Assembly (NCBI GenBank): GCA_031409275.1
Contig: JANNXA010000051.1
Span: 288,001-352,000 of the forward strand
From: Planctomycetota bacterium
Lineage (GTDB): Bacteria; Planctomycetota; B15-G4; SIAN01
Direction of reading: 5' to 3'
Length of the DNA stretch: 64,000 bases
Part shown: positions 18,184 through 28,451 of the stretch, one piece after another
Position numbering within the stretch: the stretch's first letter is position 1
How the letters are laid out: every line of letters begins with the position of its first letter
Notes under the pieces: generated by a model
Databases searched by the model: none
What the model was told of the DNA's origin: nothing
The model's input: only the letters and a program-made list of their open reading frames with translations
Program-made: the position numbers and the translations under genes

Positions 18184-20241
18184 TCACTTGCCGCGGCTCT
18201 TTGCCATCGATTCGAGCGCGCGGGTCAGCTGCACGCGACGCGCGCTCGCGTCGGCCCACTCCGGCGAATTGCTCGGCAGCACGACGACGAGCCGCGCCAG
18301 CAACGCCTCCGCCTCGCGCAGCAGCGGCTCGGCCGCCGCCGCGTCCTTGCGCTGCAGCAATCGCTCGGCACGCATCGTCAGGAGCCGTGAGAGGAACGCC
18401 AGCGCGTCGGGATGGTCGGGATCGAAGCCGAGCGCCTGGCGCAACGCGGCCTCGGCATGCTCGCCTTCCCTGCGCTCGACTTCGACGTGGGGCTTGGCCG
18501 CCGCGGCCCCGCCTTCCTTGCGCGCGTCCATGGCGCGAGCGTGCGCCGCTTCCGCCGCGAGCTGCGCGCACTGGGCCCTTCCAAACCACGAGCGCACGAG
18601 CCGAGGATCGATCGCGAGCGCGGCATCGAAGGCGGCCGCGGCCTCGACGTAGCGCATCGGCGCGCCGGCCACCAGCATCAGCCCGATCTGCTCGTGCAGC
18701 GGCGCGCTCGACGGATCCTCGGCGACCGCCGCCTGCAATGCCGCAAGCGTCGCCTCGAGCCCCTGCTGCGCGGCGGCCGAGATCGCGGCGTTCATCCGTT
18801 CGTAGGCCGCGATCTTCCGGTACGGATCAGGCAGCTGCGACCAGTCGTCGGGCAGCGCGGCGCCGCTGCCATCGCCAGCCGCGTAGCCCAACGCCTCGAG
18901 TCGACGCCGATCGGCCTCCGACAAGGTCGCGGTCGCCCCGCGCGCCAACGGGCTCACCGCCGCGAGATGCGCCTGCAGCCGACGCGCCAGCGCGGTCGCG
19001 CGCGGCTCGCCTGGCGTGAAGAGGTTCTTCGACTCGGACGGATCGGAAAGGCGGTCGTAGAGCTCTTCCTGCGCGGAACGCAGGTACTTGAGCGATCCGA
19101 GCGTGCAGCCGAACTGCGGCGCCCAACCGAAGTTGAGCCACGCGAACATCGACTCGAGCATCAGCGCGCGCTCGGGCGGCGCGAGCTGAGGATCGGCGAT
19201 CCACGGCAGCAGGTCGAGACCGTCGAAGGAGTCGGTCGTCGCGTCGATCCCCAGCACCGTCAACAGCGTCGGCACCACATCGACGATCGACGTCGGCACC
19301 GTCACCTGCCGCGCCGGCAGCGACGGATGGCGCAGGATCATCGGCACACGCACCGTGGCATCGAACAGGAAGAAGCCATGCGCCTGCTCGAGTCCGTCGC
19401 CGAGCCCCTCGCCATGGTCCGCCACCACCAGCACCACGAGTTCATCCATCAGCCGGCGCGCGGCGAGCTCGCGGAAGAGGCGGCCGAGCTCCGCGTCGAG
19501 ATCGAAGATCTCCGCCTCGTAGAGAGCGCGCGCCACCTGCTGCGGATCGCGCGCCTGGTCGGCATCGATCTGCGGCTTCGACTTCGGGGTGTAGGGCGTA
19601 TGCGGGTCGTAGAAGTGCGCCCACACGAAGAACGGCTTGCGCGTGCCGTCGGGCGGGCCGCCTCCGGGCGCGAGTTCGGAGACATCTTCGAGCACCCGAT
19701 CGACGATGGCGGCGGCCGGCAGCTCCTCCTCCTTCGCGGGGGCACCGGGTCGCGAGACCCCCCGAGGCGGCGCGCGGTAGCGATCGAACCCCTGCGCCAG
19801 GCCGAAGATCGGATCGAGGACGAAGGCGGCGACGTCGGCGCGCGTCGCGTAGCCGGAGTCGCGCAGGATCTCGGCGAGCGTCCGCGCCGCCTCCGGCAGC
19901 TTGAAGCCGGAGTTGTAGCGCACGCCGTGCGCCGTGGGATAGAGGCCGGTGAAGAGCGACGCGTGCGCTGGCAGGGTCACCGGCACCGTCGTCACCGCAT
20001 CCTCGAAGACGACCGAACGCGCGGCGAGGTAATCGAGATTCAGCGTGCGCGAGGGGTCGCGACCGTAGGCGCCGAGATGGTCGCGGCGGGTCGTGTCGAG
20101 CGTGATCACCATCACGTCGCGGCGCACCTTGCCCGCCGCAGCGGCTGGCGCGGCCGGGACCTGGAACGCGCGCGCCGGCGACCCGCCGGCCAGCAGGGCC
20201 ATCAGCGCCAACGCCCACCCTGACATCGTCCGGCTCGTCAT
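18184..20241 (-). CDS. Exported sulfatase-fold protein with C-terminal TPR-like repeats
   Basis: Signal peptide (ARA-FQ); TLDTTRRDH, PVTLPAHASLFTG, YDPHTPY, ADHGE, LEALGY, then helical TPR-like repeats. Alternative GTG start at 20268. Confidence 0.88.
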   Translation of the reverse strand: MTSRTMSGWALALMALLAGGSPARAFQVPAAPAAAAGKVRRDVMVITLDTTRRDHLGAYGRDPSRTLNLDYLAARSVVFEDAVTTVPVTLPAHASLFTGLYPTAHGVRYNSGFKLPEAARTLAEILRDSGYATRADVAAFVLDPIFGLAQGFDRYRAPPRGVSRPGAPAKEEELPAAAIVDRVLEDVSELAPGGGPPDGTRKPFFVWAHFYDPHTPYTPKSKPQIDADQARDPQQVARALYEAEIFDLDAELGRLFRELAARRLMDELVVLVVADHGEGLGDGLEQAHGFFLFDATVRVPMILRHPSLPARQVTVPTSIVDVVPTLLTVLGIDATTDSFDGLDLLPWIADPQLAPPERALMLESMFAWLNFGWAPQFGCTLGSLKYLRSAQEELYDRLSDPSESKNLFTPGEPRATALARRLQAHLAAVSPLARGATATLSEADRRRLEALGYAAGDGSGAALPDDWSQLPDPYRKIAAYERMNAAISAAAQQGLEATLAALQAAVAEDPSSAPLHEQIGLMLVAGAPMRYVEAAAAFDAALAIDPRLVRSWFGRAQCAQLAAEAAHARAMDARKEGGAAAAKPHVEVERREGEHAEAALRQALGFDPDHPDALAFLSRLLTMRAERLLQRKDAAAAEPLLREAEALLARLVVVLPSNSPEWADASARRVQLTRALESMAKSRGK

Positions 20242-20371
20242 CGATTGCGGCTCCCGCGTCCTCGGCACGGCGACACCGTAGCACGCGTGCCCGCAGCGCG
20301 GGAGTCGACGTCGATCGCGAAAGCGATGCGCGTCCGCGGCGGCCTGCGCCAGACGCGGTAGGCTGCGCCCC

Positions 20372-21289
20372 ATGTCGCTTCCCACCGTCAGTGTCGTGAT
20401 CGCCTCCGGAGCAGGAGGCGACTTCCTGTGGCGCTTGCTCGATTCCCTGCGCGAACCGGCACAAGCCGAGCAGGCGCAGGTGCTGGTCGCGGACCGCATC
20501 GGCGGCGCCGTTCGCGAGCGGCTCGAGCGCGACTATCGCTGGCTCACCGTCGTGCCGGTGGCCGCCGGTGCCGACGGCCGCAAGCCGAGCGTTCCGCAGT
20601 TGCGCGCCACCGCGGCGGCGCAGGCGCGCGGCGACCTCGTGGTGGTCCTCGAAGAGCACTGCCGGCCGCCAGCCCATTGGCTGCGCTCGATCCGCGAGTC
20701 GTTCCAGCCCGGCGATGCGGCGATCGGCGGACCGATCCTCGATGACGCGGCCCATCCGCCCGGCTACGTCCGTTGCGATTGGGTCGTGCTGTTCAGCGAG
20801 TACCACAACTACCTGCAGCCGTGGCCCGACGCCGAGCGCGCGCTGCTGAACGGCGCCAACTGCGCCTACCGCCGCGATCTCCTGGCGAAGCACGCGGCGG
20901 CGCTCACCACCGGCTACTGGGAGATGGTGCTCCACCCGAAGCTCGCCGCCGACGGGAAGATGCGCGGGCTGCAGCGACTCGGCGTCCACACGATGGGGCC
21001 GTTCCGCTACCGCTACTACCTGCACCAGCGCTACCTGCTGGCGCGCGTCTGGGGTGCGATGCAGCGCGAAACGGCGCCGGCGGCGAAGCGCTGGTTCTAT
21101 CTGCTCGCGGCGCCGCTCTTCCCGTTCCTGCTCCTGGCGCGCATCACGGCGCGCGTGCTGAAGAGCCCGTACCTCGGCCAGTACCTGCTGACGCTGCCGA
21201 TGCTGCTGCCGGTCGCATTCACCTACGTGCTCGGCGAATGGAGCGGCTACGCCTTCGGCTTCGGCGACTCGCTCGAGGAGGTCGAATAG
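20372..21289 (+). CDS. Glycosyltransferase family 2-like protein
   Basis: PTVSVVIAS, ARGDLVVVLEEH, GANCAYRRD; hydrophobic C-terminal helices. Confidence 0.8.
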   Translation: MSLPTVSVVIASGAGGDFLWRLLDSLREPAQAEQAQVLVADRIGGAVRERLERDYRWLTVVPVAAGADGRKPSVPQLRATAAAQARGDLVVVLEEHCRPPAHWLRSIRESFQPGDAAIGGPILDDAAHPPGYVRCDWVVLFSEYHNYLQPWPDAERALLNGANCAYRRDLLAKHAAALTTGYWEMVLHPKLAADGKMRGLQRLGVHTMGPFRYRYYLHQRYLLARVWGAMQRETAPAAKRWFYLLAAPLFPFLLLARITARVLKSPYLGQYLLTLPMLLPVAFTYVLGEWSGYAFGFGDSLEEVE

Positions 21290-21291
21290 AG

Positions 21292-22212
21292 GTGGCCACC
21301 CCCGAACTCTCCGTCGTCGTCGGCCTCATCTCCGGCAAGCTCGCCGACCTTGAACGCTGCCTCACGGCGCTCGCCGCGCAACAAGGCGCGCCGCCCTTCG
21401 AGATCCTCGTCCCGTACGACGAGCCGTGCCGCGATGCGCTGACGTTGCAGTCGAAGTTTCCTGACGTGCGATTCCTGCCGCTCGACGGCGTCGACACGCG
21501 CGCCGCGCGCGCCGGCGGCAGCCGCGAGCACCACGACACGCTGCGCACGCTCGGCATGCGGGCGGCGCGAGGGCGCTTCGTCCTCCTCACCGAAGACCAC
21601 GCCCACGCGCAACCGGGCTGGTGCGCGGGACTGCTGAAGGGACTCGCCGACCACCCGAAAGCGGGCTGCATCGGCGGCGCCGTCGAATGCGGCGGCGCCG
21701 GCCTGCTCGCCTTCGCGGTCTACCTGTGCGACTTCGGCCGTTACATGAACCCGCTCGCCGATGGCCCCGCCTGGTACGTGAGCGACAGCAATGTCTGCTA
21801 TCGGCGGGGCGTCCTCGACGAGGTCGCCGAGGCGTGGCGCGGCGACTACCACGAGACGATCGTGCACGGCGCCATCGCCGCGAAGGGCCATGAGCTGCGC
21901 CTCACGCCGCGCGTCGTGGTCTGGCAGACGCGCTCGGGCCTCACGCTCGGCGAGGCGCTCCGCGAGCGCTACGTCTGGGGCCGCTCGTTCGCGGGCAGCC
22001 GCGTCGCCGGCGCCGGAATGGGGCCGCGCCTCGTCCGCGCCGCCCTGACGCCGCTGCTGCCGTTCGTGCTCACCGCGCGGCTCGTGAACGGAGTGCTGCA
22101 GAAGAAGCGCGCCATCGGTCGCATGATCGCCGCGCTGCCGCTCCTGTTCCTGCTGTCGACGGTCTGGTCGCTCGGCGAACTCGTCGGCTACCTCACAGGA
22201 CGACCCCGATGA
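21292..22212 (+). CDS. Glycosyltransferase family 2-like protein
   Basis: GTG start 2 nt after upstream stop; PELSVVV, ARGRFVLLTEDH, SNVCYRR; paralogous to the preceding gene. Confidence 0.8.
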   Translation: MATPELSVVVGLISGKLADLERCLTALAAQQGAPPFEILVPYDEPCRDALTLQSKFPDVRFLPLDGVDTRAARAGGSREHHDTLRTLGMRAARGRFVLLTEDHAHAQPGWCAGLLKGLADHPKAGCIGGAVECGGAGLLAFAVYLCDFGRYMNPLADGPAWYVSDSNVCYRRGVLDEVAEAWRGDYHETIVHGAIAAKGHELRLTPRVVVWQTRSGLTLGEALRERYVWGRSFAGSRVAGAGMGPRLVRAALTPLLPFVLTARLVNGVLQKKRAIGRMIAALPLLFLLSTVWSLGELVGYLTGRPR

Positions 22213-24254
22213 GAAGTGCGCTGCCGATTGCGCTCTTTGCCACCGTCGTGGCCGCCACGCTCGCCGCTCGCGCCGCGCCGCGCGGCGCGCAGGCGACGCC
22301 CCCCGAACCGGCGAGCGCTGCGCCAAGCAAGATGCCGCGCAAGCCCGACGTGCTGCTGATCACGCTCGACACCACGCGGCGCGACTACCTCGGCTGCTAC
22401 GGCAGGAGCCCGTCGCCGACGCCGGTGCTCGACGAGTTCGCGCGCAGTGCGGTGATCTTCGACGATGCGCTGACCGTCGCGCCGCTGACCTTGCCGGCGC
22501 ACGCCTCGCTGATGACCGGCCTCCACCCCTTCTCGCACGGCATCCACGACAACTCGCTCTACCGCCTTCCGGAGGCCGCGCACACGCTCGCCGAGATCCT
22601 CCACGAAGCGGGCTACGCCACCGGCGCCGCGATCGCATCGTTCGTCCTCGACCCCGTCTTCGGCCTCGCGCAGGGATTCGACCGCTACCAGGCGCCGCCG
22701 CGCGGCGTGTCGAGCAGCCGCTCGCTCCACTTCACCGAGCTGCCGGCTTCGACGCAGATCGATCGCGCGCTCGCGGACCTTTCGCAGCTCGGTCGTCCTG
22801 GCGAGCGACCGCCGTTCTTCTACTGGCTGCACCTGTTCGACGTGCACGCCCCCTACACCCCCAAGCAAGCGCCGCAGTTCACCTCCGCGCAGGCGCTCGA
22901 GCGCAAGGGCGCCTTGAAGGTGCTCTACGAAGCGGAGCTGCACGAGATGGACCACGAGCTCGCCCGCTTCTTCGGGGCGTGGCAGCACAACGGCGGCTTC
23001 GAGAACAGCATCGTCGTCGTCTGCGCCGACCACGGCGAAGGGCTCTCCGACGGCCCCGAAGAGACGCACGGCTACTTCGTCCACGACTCGACCATGCGCG
23101 TGCCGCTGATCTGGCGCGAGCCGGGACTCGCGCCGGCGCGCGTCGCGACGCCGGTGTCGCTGGTCGACGTCGCCCCCACGCTGCTGGCGCGAGCCGGCAT
23201 CGATGCGAGCGCCGAGAGCTTCGACGGCCTCGACCTGTCGCCCTGGCTCGTGCAGCCGGAGCAGCCCGCGCCCGACCGCGTGCTGCCCTTCGAGAGCTGG
23301 TACGTCTGGCTCAACTTCGGCTTCGCGCCGTTCGAGGGCGCCACCAACGGCGCGCTCAAGTACGTCCGTTCCGCGCGCGAGCAGCTGCACGACCGCGTCG
23401 CCGACCCCCTCGAGCAGAACGACCTGTTCAGCCCCGACGACGCGCGCGCCATCGGCCTGCGCCGCCGCCTCGCCGCCGCGCAGGCCGCGGCACAACCGCT
23501 GTCGCGAGCGAATCCGGCGCTTTCGGAAGCCGATCGCGCCGCGCTGGCCGCGCTGGGCTACGCGCAAGGCGGAACGACCGCCGAGCTGCCGAGCGTCGAC
23601 TGGTCCACTCTGCCGGATGCCTACACGAAGCAGGCCGCCATCACCGGCTTCGACGCGCTGAGCGGAGCGCTGGAGCGCTCCGACTGGAACGGCGCGTTGG
23701 CGTTGCTGAGAGAGCTCGTCGCCCGCGAGCCCACCAGCGCGATCTTCCACGAGCAGCTCGGAATGATGCTGATCAACCTCGGCCCGCAGAACGCGGACGA
23801 TGCGATCCAGCAGCTGCAGCGCGCGATCGAGCTCGACCCGCGCCGCTCCCGCGTCTGGTTCGCGCTGGCGCGCGCCTTCGAGGCGAAGGCGACGGCGGCG
23901 CGCGTTCGGAAGGACGACGCCCGCCAACGCTCTCGCGGTCGCGAAGCCAAGCAGGCGGGCGAGGAAGAGCGCGCGTACCTCGCAAAGAGCCAGCACGCCG
24001 CCCGTGAATCCCTGCGACTCGAGCCGAACTACCCCGACGCGCTGCTTTTCCTCGGTCGCATGATGATGCTGGATGCCGAGAAAGCGTGGGCCGCTGGCGA
24101 TCGAGCCACCGCGCGCCCCCTCTACGCCGAAGTCGCGGCGCTCTCCGATCGCTTCTTCGTCTCGGTCGGCGGCGAAGGACCCGACACCGTGCCCGCCGCC
24201 GCCGTGCGCGATCACGCCCGGAAGCGGCTCGCCGAGATCGACGCCCGCCGCTGA
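22209..24254 (+). CDS. Exported sulfatase-fold protein with C-terminal TPR-like repeats
   Basis: Signal peptide; TLDTTRRDY, PLTLPAHASLMTG, ADHGE, LAALGY, TPR-like AIELDP...WFALA. Confidence 0.88.
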   Translation: MRSALPIALFATVVAATLAARAAPRGAQATPPEPASAAPSKMPRKPDVLLITLDTTRRDYLGCYGRSPSPTPVLDEFARSAVIFDDALTVAPLTLPAHASLMTGLHPFSHGIHDNSLYRLPEAAHTLAEILHEAGYATGAAIASFVLDPVFGLAQGFDRYQAPPRGVSSSRSLHFTELPASTQIDRALADLSQLGRPGERPPFFYWLHLFDVHAPYTPKQAPQFTSAQALERKGALKVLYEAELHEMDHELARFFGAWQHNGGFENSIVVVCADHGEGLSDGPEETHGYFVHDSTMRVPLIWREPGLAPARVATPVSLVDVAPTLLARAGIDASAESFDGLDLSPWLVQPEQPAPDRVLPFESWYVWLNFGFAPFEGATNGALKYVRSAREQLHDRVADPLEQNDLFSPDDARAIGLRRRLAAAQAAAQPLSRANPALSEADRAALAALGYAQGGTTAELPSVDWSTLPDAYTKQAAITGFDALSGALERSDWNGALALLRELVAREPTSAIFHEQLGMMLINLGPQNADDAIQQLQRAIELDPRRSRVWFALARAFEAKATAARVRKDDARQRSRGREAKQAGEEERAYLAKSQHAARESLRLEPNYPDALLFLGRMMMLDAEKAWAAGDRATARPLYAEVAALSDRFFVSVGGEGPDTVPAAAVRDHARKRLAEIDARR

Positions 24255-24298
24255 CCGCGCGCCCCGCTTTTCGCCGCGTGCTGCGCCCCGCGCAGCCA

Positions 24299-24362
24299 CG
24301 CGCCCCACCACCTCGCCGCTTGCGCCGCGCGCCGCTCCTGCGGCCGCGCGCCCCACCACCTC
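24299..24362. repeat. Two copies of a 16-nt direct repeat CGCGCCCCACCACCTC (48-nt period)
   Basis: Identical 16-mers at 24299-24314 and 24347-24362 between convergent genes. Confidence 0.6.
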
Positions 24363-24420
24363 ACCCCCGGTTGAGCCGCGAGCGCGCGTCAGCGCCGCTC
24401 GTCGGCTCCAACGCGCGAGA

Positions 24421-24497
24421 GGCGAGCTGCGCACCGCGCAGTCTCGCCGGCGCGGGCGTTCTGCTGCGGCGGCTGCGCCGCCGTCAGCAGCAACGCC
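24421..24497. terminator. Two tandem GC-rich hairpins between convergent operons (probable terminator or RNA stabiliser)
   Basis: GGCGAG-CTGCGC acc GCGCAG-t-CTCGCC (24421-24448); GGCGTT-CTGCTG-CGGCGGC tgc GCCGCCG-t-CAGCAG-c-AACGCC (24455-24497). No U-tract. Confidence 0.5.
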
Positions 24498-25763
24498 CTA
24501 TTCGTGCCGCAGCGCCTCCACCGGATCCATGGTCGCCGCGCGCCATGCCGGGTAGAGCCCGAACACGATCCCCACCACCACCGAGATCACGAACGAGAGC
24601 ACGTAGCTCTCCTGCGTCGGCATCGGGTGGAGCTTCGGATTGATGGTCGGCACGAGGACGCAGATCACCCAACCGAGCGACATGCCCAGCACGCCGCCGC
24701 CGCCCGCGAGCACGACGGTCTCGACCAGGAACTGGGCGACGATGTGCTTGCGTTTGGCGCCAAGCGCGCGCCGGATGCCGATCTCGCGGGTGCGCTCGGT
24801 GACGGTGGCGAGCATCACGTTGGTGATGCCGATGCCGCCGATCAGCAGCGAGATGCCGGCGATCGCGCCGAGCACGCGGTTGAAATCCTTCTTGGTCTCC
24901 TCCGCGTCGCGAAGCAGCGACAGCGGCACCACGACCTCGTAGTCGGCCTTCGTCTTGTGCGACGCGGCCAGCATCTCCTTCAGGACCGCGGCGGTCGCCT
25001 CGACCTTCTTCACGTCGGTGACGCGCACCTGCAGCTGATGGAGCTCGACCTGCTCCATGTCGCGGCTTCCCGACGAGACCTTGACGATGATCTCGCCCCA
25101 ATACTGGCGGACGGTCGTCAGCGGCGCGTAGACGTCGCGCGAGAGGTCCTCGATGGTGCCCTGGTCGTCGCCCGTCAATGCGGTGCGCGGCAGCATCACG
25201 CCGACGACGCGGAATGCCTGCGTGCCGAGCTTGATCAGCTTTCCAAGCGGTTCATCGAGCGGGAACAGTTCGCGCGCGACGGTCGCGCCGAGCACGCAGA
25301 CCGGCGTGCGCGCCTGGAGGTCGACCTCCGTCACGAAGCGGCCTGACTCGAGCTTGAAGTCGTTGGTCTCGCCGAACCACGGCACCGTCCCGACGACCCG
25401 CGAGTCGGCGCGACGGTCGGCGTAGCGCGCGTCCTGGTAGATCGCGCGGACTGGAACGACGATCTGCGCGTTGGGCAGCGTCTGCTTCATCCGCTCGGCG
25501 TCCTGGTAGGTCAGTCCGTAGACCGACAGGCGCGAGCGCTCGGCTCCAGCGGAGTTGCTCTCCGGCGGCTTCAAGCTGCGCACCAGGATGTTGTTCGATC
25601 CGAGCGCCTGGATGCGCATCTGCACGTCGTGCGAAAGCCCTTCGCCGATGGCGAGCATGGCGATGACCGACGCGACGCCGAACAGCACGCCGAGGCTCGT
25701 CAGCAGCGAACGCAACCCGTGGCGGGCGACGCCGCGCAGACCGAGATGGAAGGTGCGCCACAT
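24498..25763 (-). CDS. MacB/FtsX-like ABC transporter permease
   Basis: RSLLTSLGVLFGVASVIAM, GGIGITNVMLATVTERTREIGIRRALGA, YPAWRAATMDPVEALRHE. Confidence 0.95.
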   Translation of the reverse strand: MWRTFHLGLRGVARHGLRSLLTSLGVLFGVASVIAMLAIGEGLSHDVQMRIQALGSNNILVRSLKPPESNSAGAERSRLSVYGLTYQDAERMKQTLPNAQIVVPVRAIYQDARYADRRADSRVVGTVPWFGETNDFKLESGRFVTEVDLQARTPVCVLGATVARELFPLDEPLGKLIKLGTQAFRVVGVMLPRTALTGDDQGTIEDLSRDVYAPLTTVRQYWGEIIVKVSSGSRDMEQVELHQLQVRVTDVKKVEATAAVLKEMLAASHKTKADYEVVVPLSLLRDAEETKKDFNRVLGAIAGISLLIGGIGITNVMLATVTERTREIGIRRALGAKRKHIVAQFLVETVVLAGGGGVLGMSLGWVICVLVPTINPKLHPMPTQESYVLSFVISVVVGIVFGLYPAWRAATMDPVEALRHE

Positions 25764-25771
25764 CGCGGTGA

Positions 25772-26524
<753 letters not shown>

Positions 26525-26564
26525 GGTCAGCTGCGCTTCCGCTGCTGGCTGGCGACGAGGCGGC

Positions 26565-28397
26565 TCAAGTGCCCCCCTGCGCCTTCTCGCCGGCGCCGCC
26601 GCGTCCGCCTGCCGGCGGACCGCCCGCGCCACCGCCGAACTGCTTCATCCGCTCGTCCCACGCGGCCTTCTGCTCCGGCGTCATCTTGTCGAGCATCTCC
26701 TGCATCGCCTTCTTGCGCTCCTCCTCGCTCATGCCGCGCAGCTTGGAAAAGTCGAACGCGGGCGCGGCGCCGGCGGCCGGAGCCGCGGCTGCGGCGCCAT
26801 CGCCTTCGGGACGCGCTCCCTTGGTCGGGATGGCGCCCGCCTGCTTGCGCAGATCCTCGACCGACGCGGCCGCTGCGACCTTCGCGGCCGCGGGGAAATC
26901 AGGCTGCGGCGCGCCTGGCGGCACCGAGAGGAAGACTCGCTCGCCCGGCGCCAGCCCATCGGCGATGGCGACGCGCGCGTCGTTGTGCATGCCGATCTTC
27001 ACCTCGCGCACCAGCGGCTTTCCGGTGGCGTCGGAGATGTAGACGTAGTAGCGCTCGCCGCGCCGGTAGACCGCGTGGATGGGCAGGGCGATGGTGTCCT
27101 GAAGCTCGTCGACGACGATCTCGGCGCTCGCGCTCATGCCCGGACGCAGCCCGGTGGTCGCGCCGCCGATGGTGATCTCGCAGCGGTAGACCTTGAGGTC
27201 GGGATTGAGCCACTGGTTGGCGGAGTCGGGCAGCGGCGCGATGAAGGTCACGCGCCCGACGAAGGACTGCGCGCCGGCATCGATGGTCACGAGCGCCGGC
27301 TGGTCCACCTTCACCTTGTCGACCGCCGACTCGTGGACGCTGACCGAGACGATCATCTCGGTGGTGTCGGGGAGGCTGATCAGCAGCTGGTTCTCGCGAA
27401 CGGCCGCGCCTTCCTCGACGCGGTCGCGATCGCTGCGGCCACCGCCCATGCCGCCGCCCTGGTTGACCGGATAGACGACGAGCCCGGCGGATGGCGCACG
27501 AATGGTCGTGTTGACCAACTGCGACTCGAGCAGCGCCAGCTTGTTCTGCTCGAGCTCGAAGGTCGCCTTCTTCGATTCGTAGTCGGCGACCTTCTGCGCG
27601 AAGTCAGCCTCGCAGCGCAGCTTCACGCGCTCGAGCTCGGCGCTCTTCTGCAGCACGTCGCTCTCGAGCACCTGCATCTGCCGCGGCCGCTCGAAGTCGG
27701 CGAGGATCCGCTGCTGCAGCTCCGACATCGACTTCTTCACGGTGGCGCGTTCGGCCGCGAGGCGATCGCTCTGCAGCTCGGTCTCGGCCGCGAAGTCGAG
27801 CGCCACGAGCTCGGCGGTGTCGTCGGCCTTCTGATTGGCCGCCTTCTCCTCCGACTCGGCGAGCTTCTTGTCGGAGGCGGCCTGCTTCTCCTTCAGCGGG
27901 AAGTCGCCGTCGATGTACTTGCGCTTGTCGGTCTCCGCCAACGCGAGGTCGACGGTCGCCTTCTGCGTGTCGCTGGCGTTCTTGCTCTCCTGGATCTCGC
28001 GCGCCTTCTCGGCCTGGATGAAGGCGGCCTTCGCATTCTGGAACTTGATCTTCTGAGCGGTGAGTTCGTCTTCGAGGTTGCTGGCGTCGAGCTTGACGAG
28101 GATGTCTCCCTCGTTGACGCGCACGCCCTCGTCGACGAGTTCGAGGATCGTCGCGCCCCCCTTCACCTTGCAGTAGATGTCGACCGACTTCGACGCCTTG
28201 AGCTGCCCGGACTCGACCACCGAGACGCGCAGCTTCTCGCGCGCGACCGTCGCGCTGAGCGCGAGCTCGGTGTCGACCTTGTCATCGCGCCGCCCCCACC
28301 AAAGGAAGCCGCCGACGGCGAGCCCCGCGACGACGACGAGCAGCCAGAGGATCGCCGCGCCACGGCGGCTGCGGTCGAGAGCAAGTCGATGGTCCAT
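26565..28397 (-). CDS. Efflux periplasmic adaptor (MacA/HlyD-like) with long coiled coil
   Basis: N-terminal TM, lipoyl-like halves (VDEGVRVNEGDILVKLD; TIRAPSAGLVVY), LRPGMSASAEI, GLAPGERV. Confidence 0.9.
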   Translation of the reverse strand: MDHRLALDRSRRGAAILWLLVVVAGLAVGGFLWWGRRDDKVDTELALSATVAREKLRVSVVESGQLKASKSVDIYCKVKGGATILELVDEGVRVNEGDILVKLDASNLEDELTAQKIKFQNAKAAFIQAEKAREIQESKNASDTQKATVDLALAETDKRKYIDGDFPLKEKQAASDKKLAESEEKAANQKADDTAELVALDFAAETELQSDRLAAERATVKKSMSELQQRILADFERPRQMQVLESDVLQKSAELERVKLRCEADFAQKVADYESKKATFELEQNKLALLESQLVNTTIRAPSAGLVVYPVNQGGGMGGGRSDRDRVEEGAAVRENQLLISLPDTTEMIVSVSVHESAVDKVKVDQPALVTIDAGAQSFVGRVTFIAPLPDSANQWLNPDLKVYRCEITIGGATTGLRPGMSASAEIVVDELQDTIALPIHAVYRRGERYYVYISDATGKPLVREVKIGMHNDARVAIADGLAPGERVFLSVPPGAPQPDFPAAAKVAAAASVEDLRKQAGAIPTKGARPEGDGAAAAAPAAGAAPAFDFSKLRGMSEEERKKAMQEMLDKMTPEQKAAWDERMKQFGGGAGGPPAGGRGGAGEKAQGGT

Positions 28398-28451
28398 GTC
28401 AGCACTCCTTCGTCACGACCGCCGCGGCGGCCTCGAACTGCGTCCGTTCGG

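Noticed and set aside
24299..24362. Direct repeats as a mini CRISPR array
   Set aside because: Only two 16-nt copies, too short, and no cas genes in the window.
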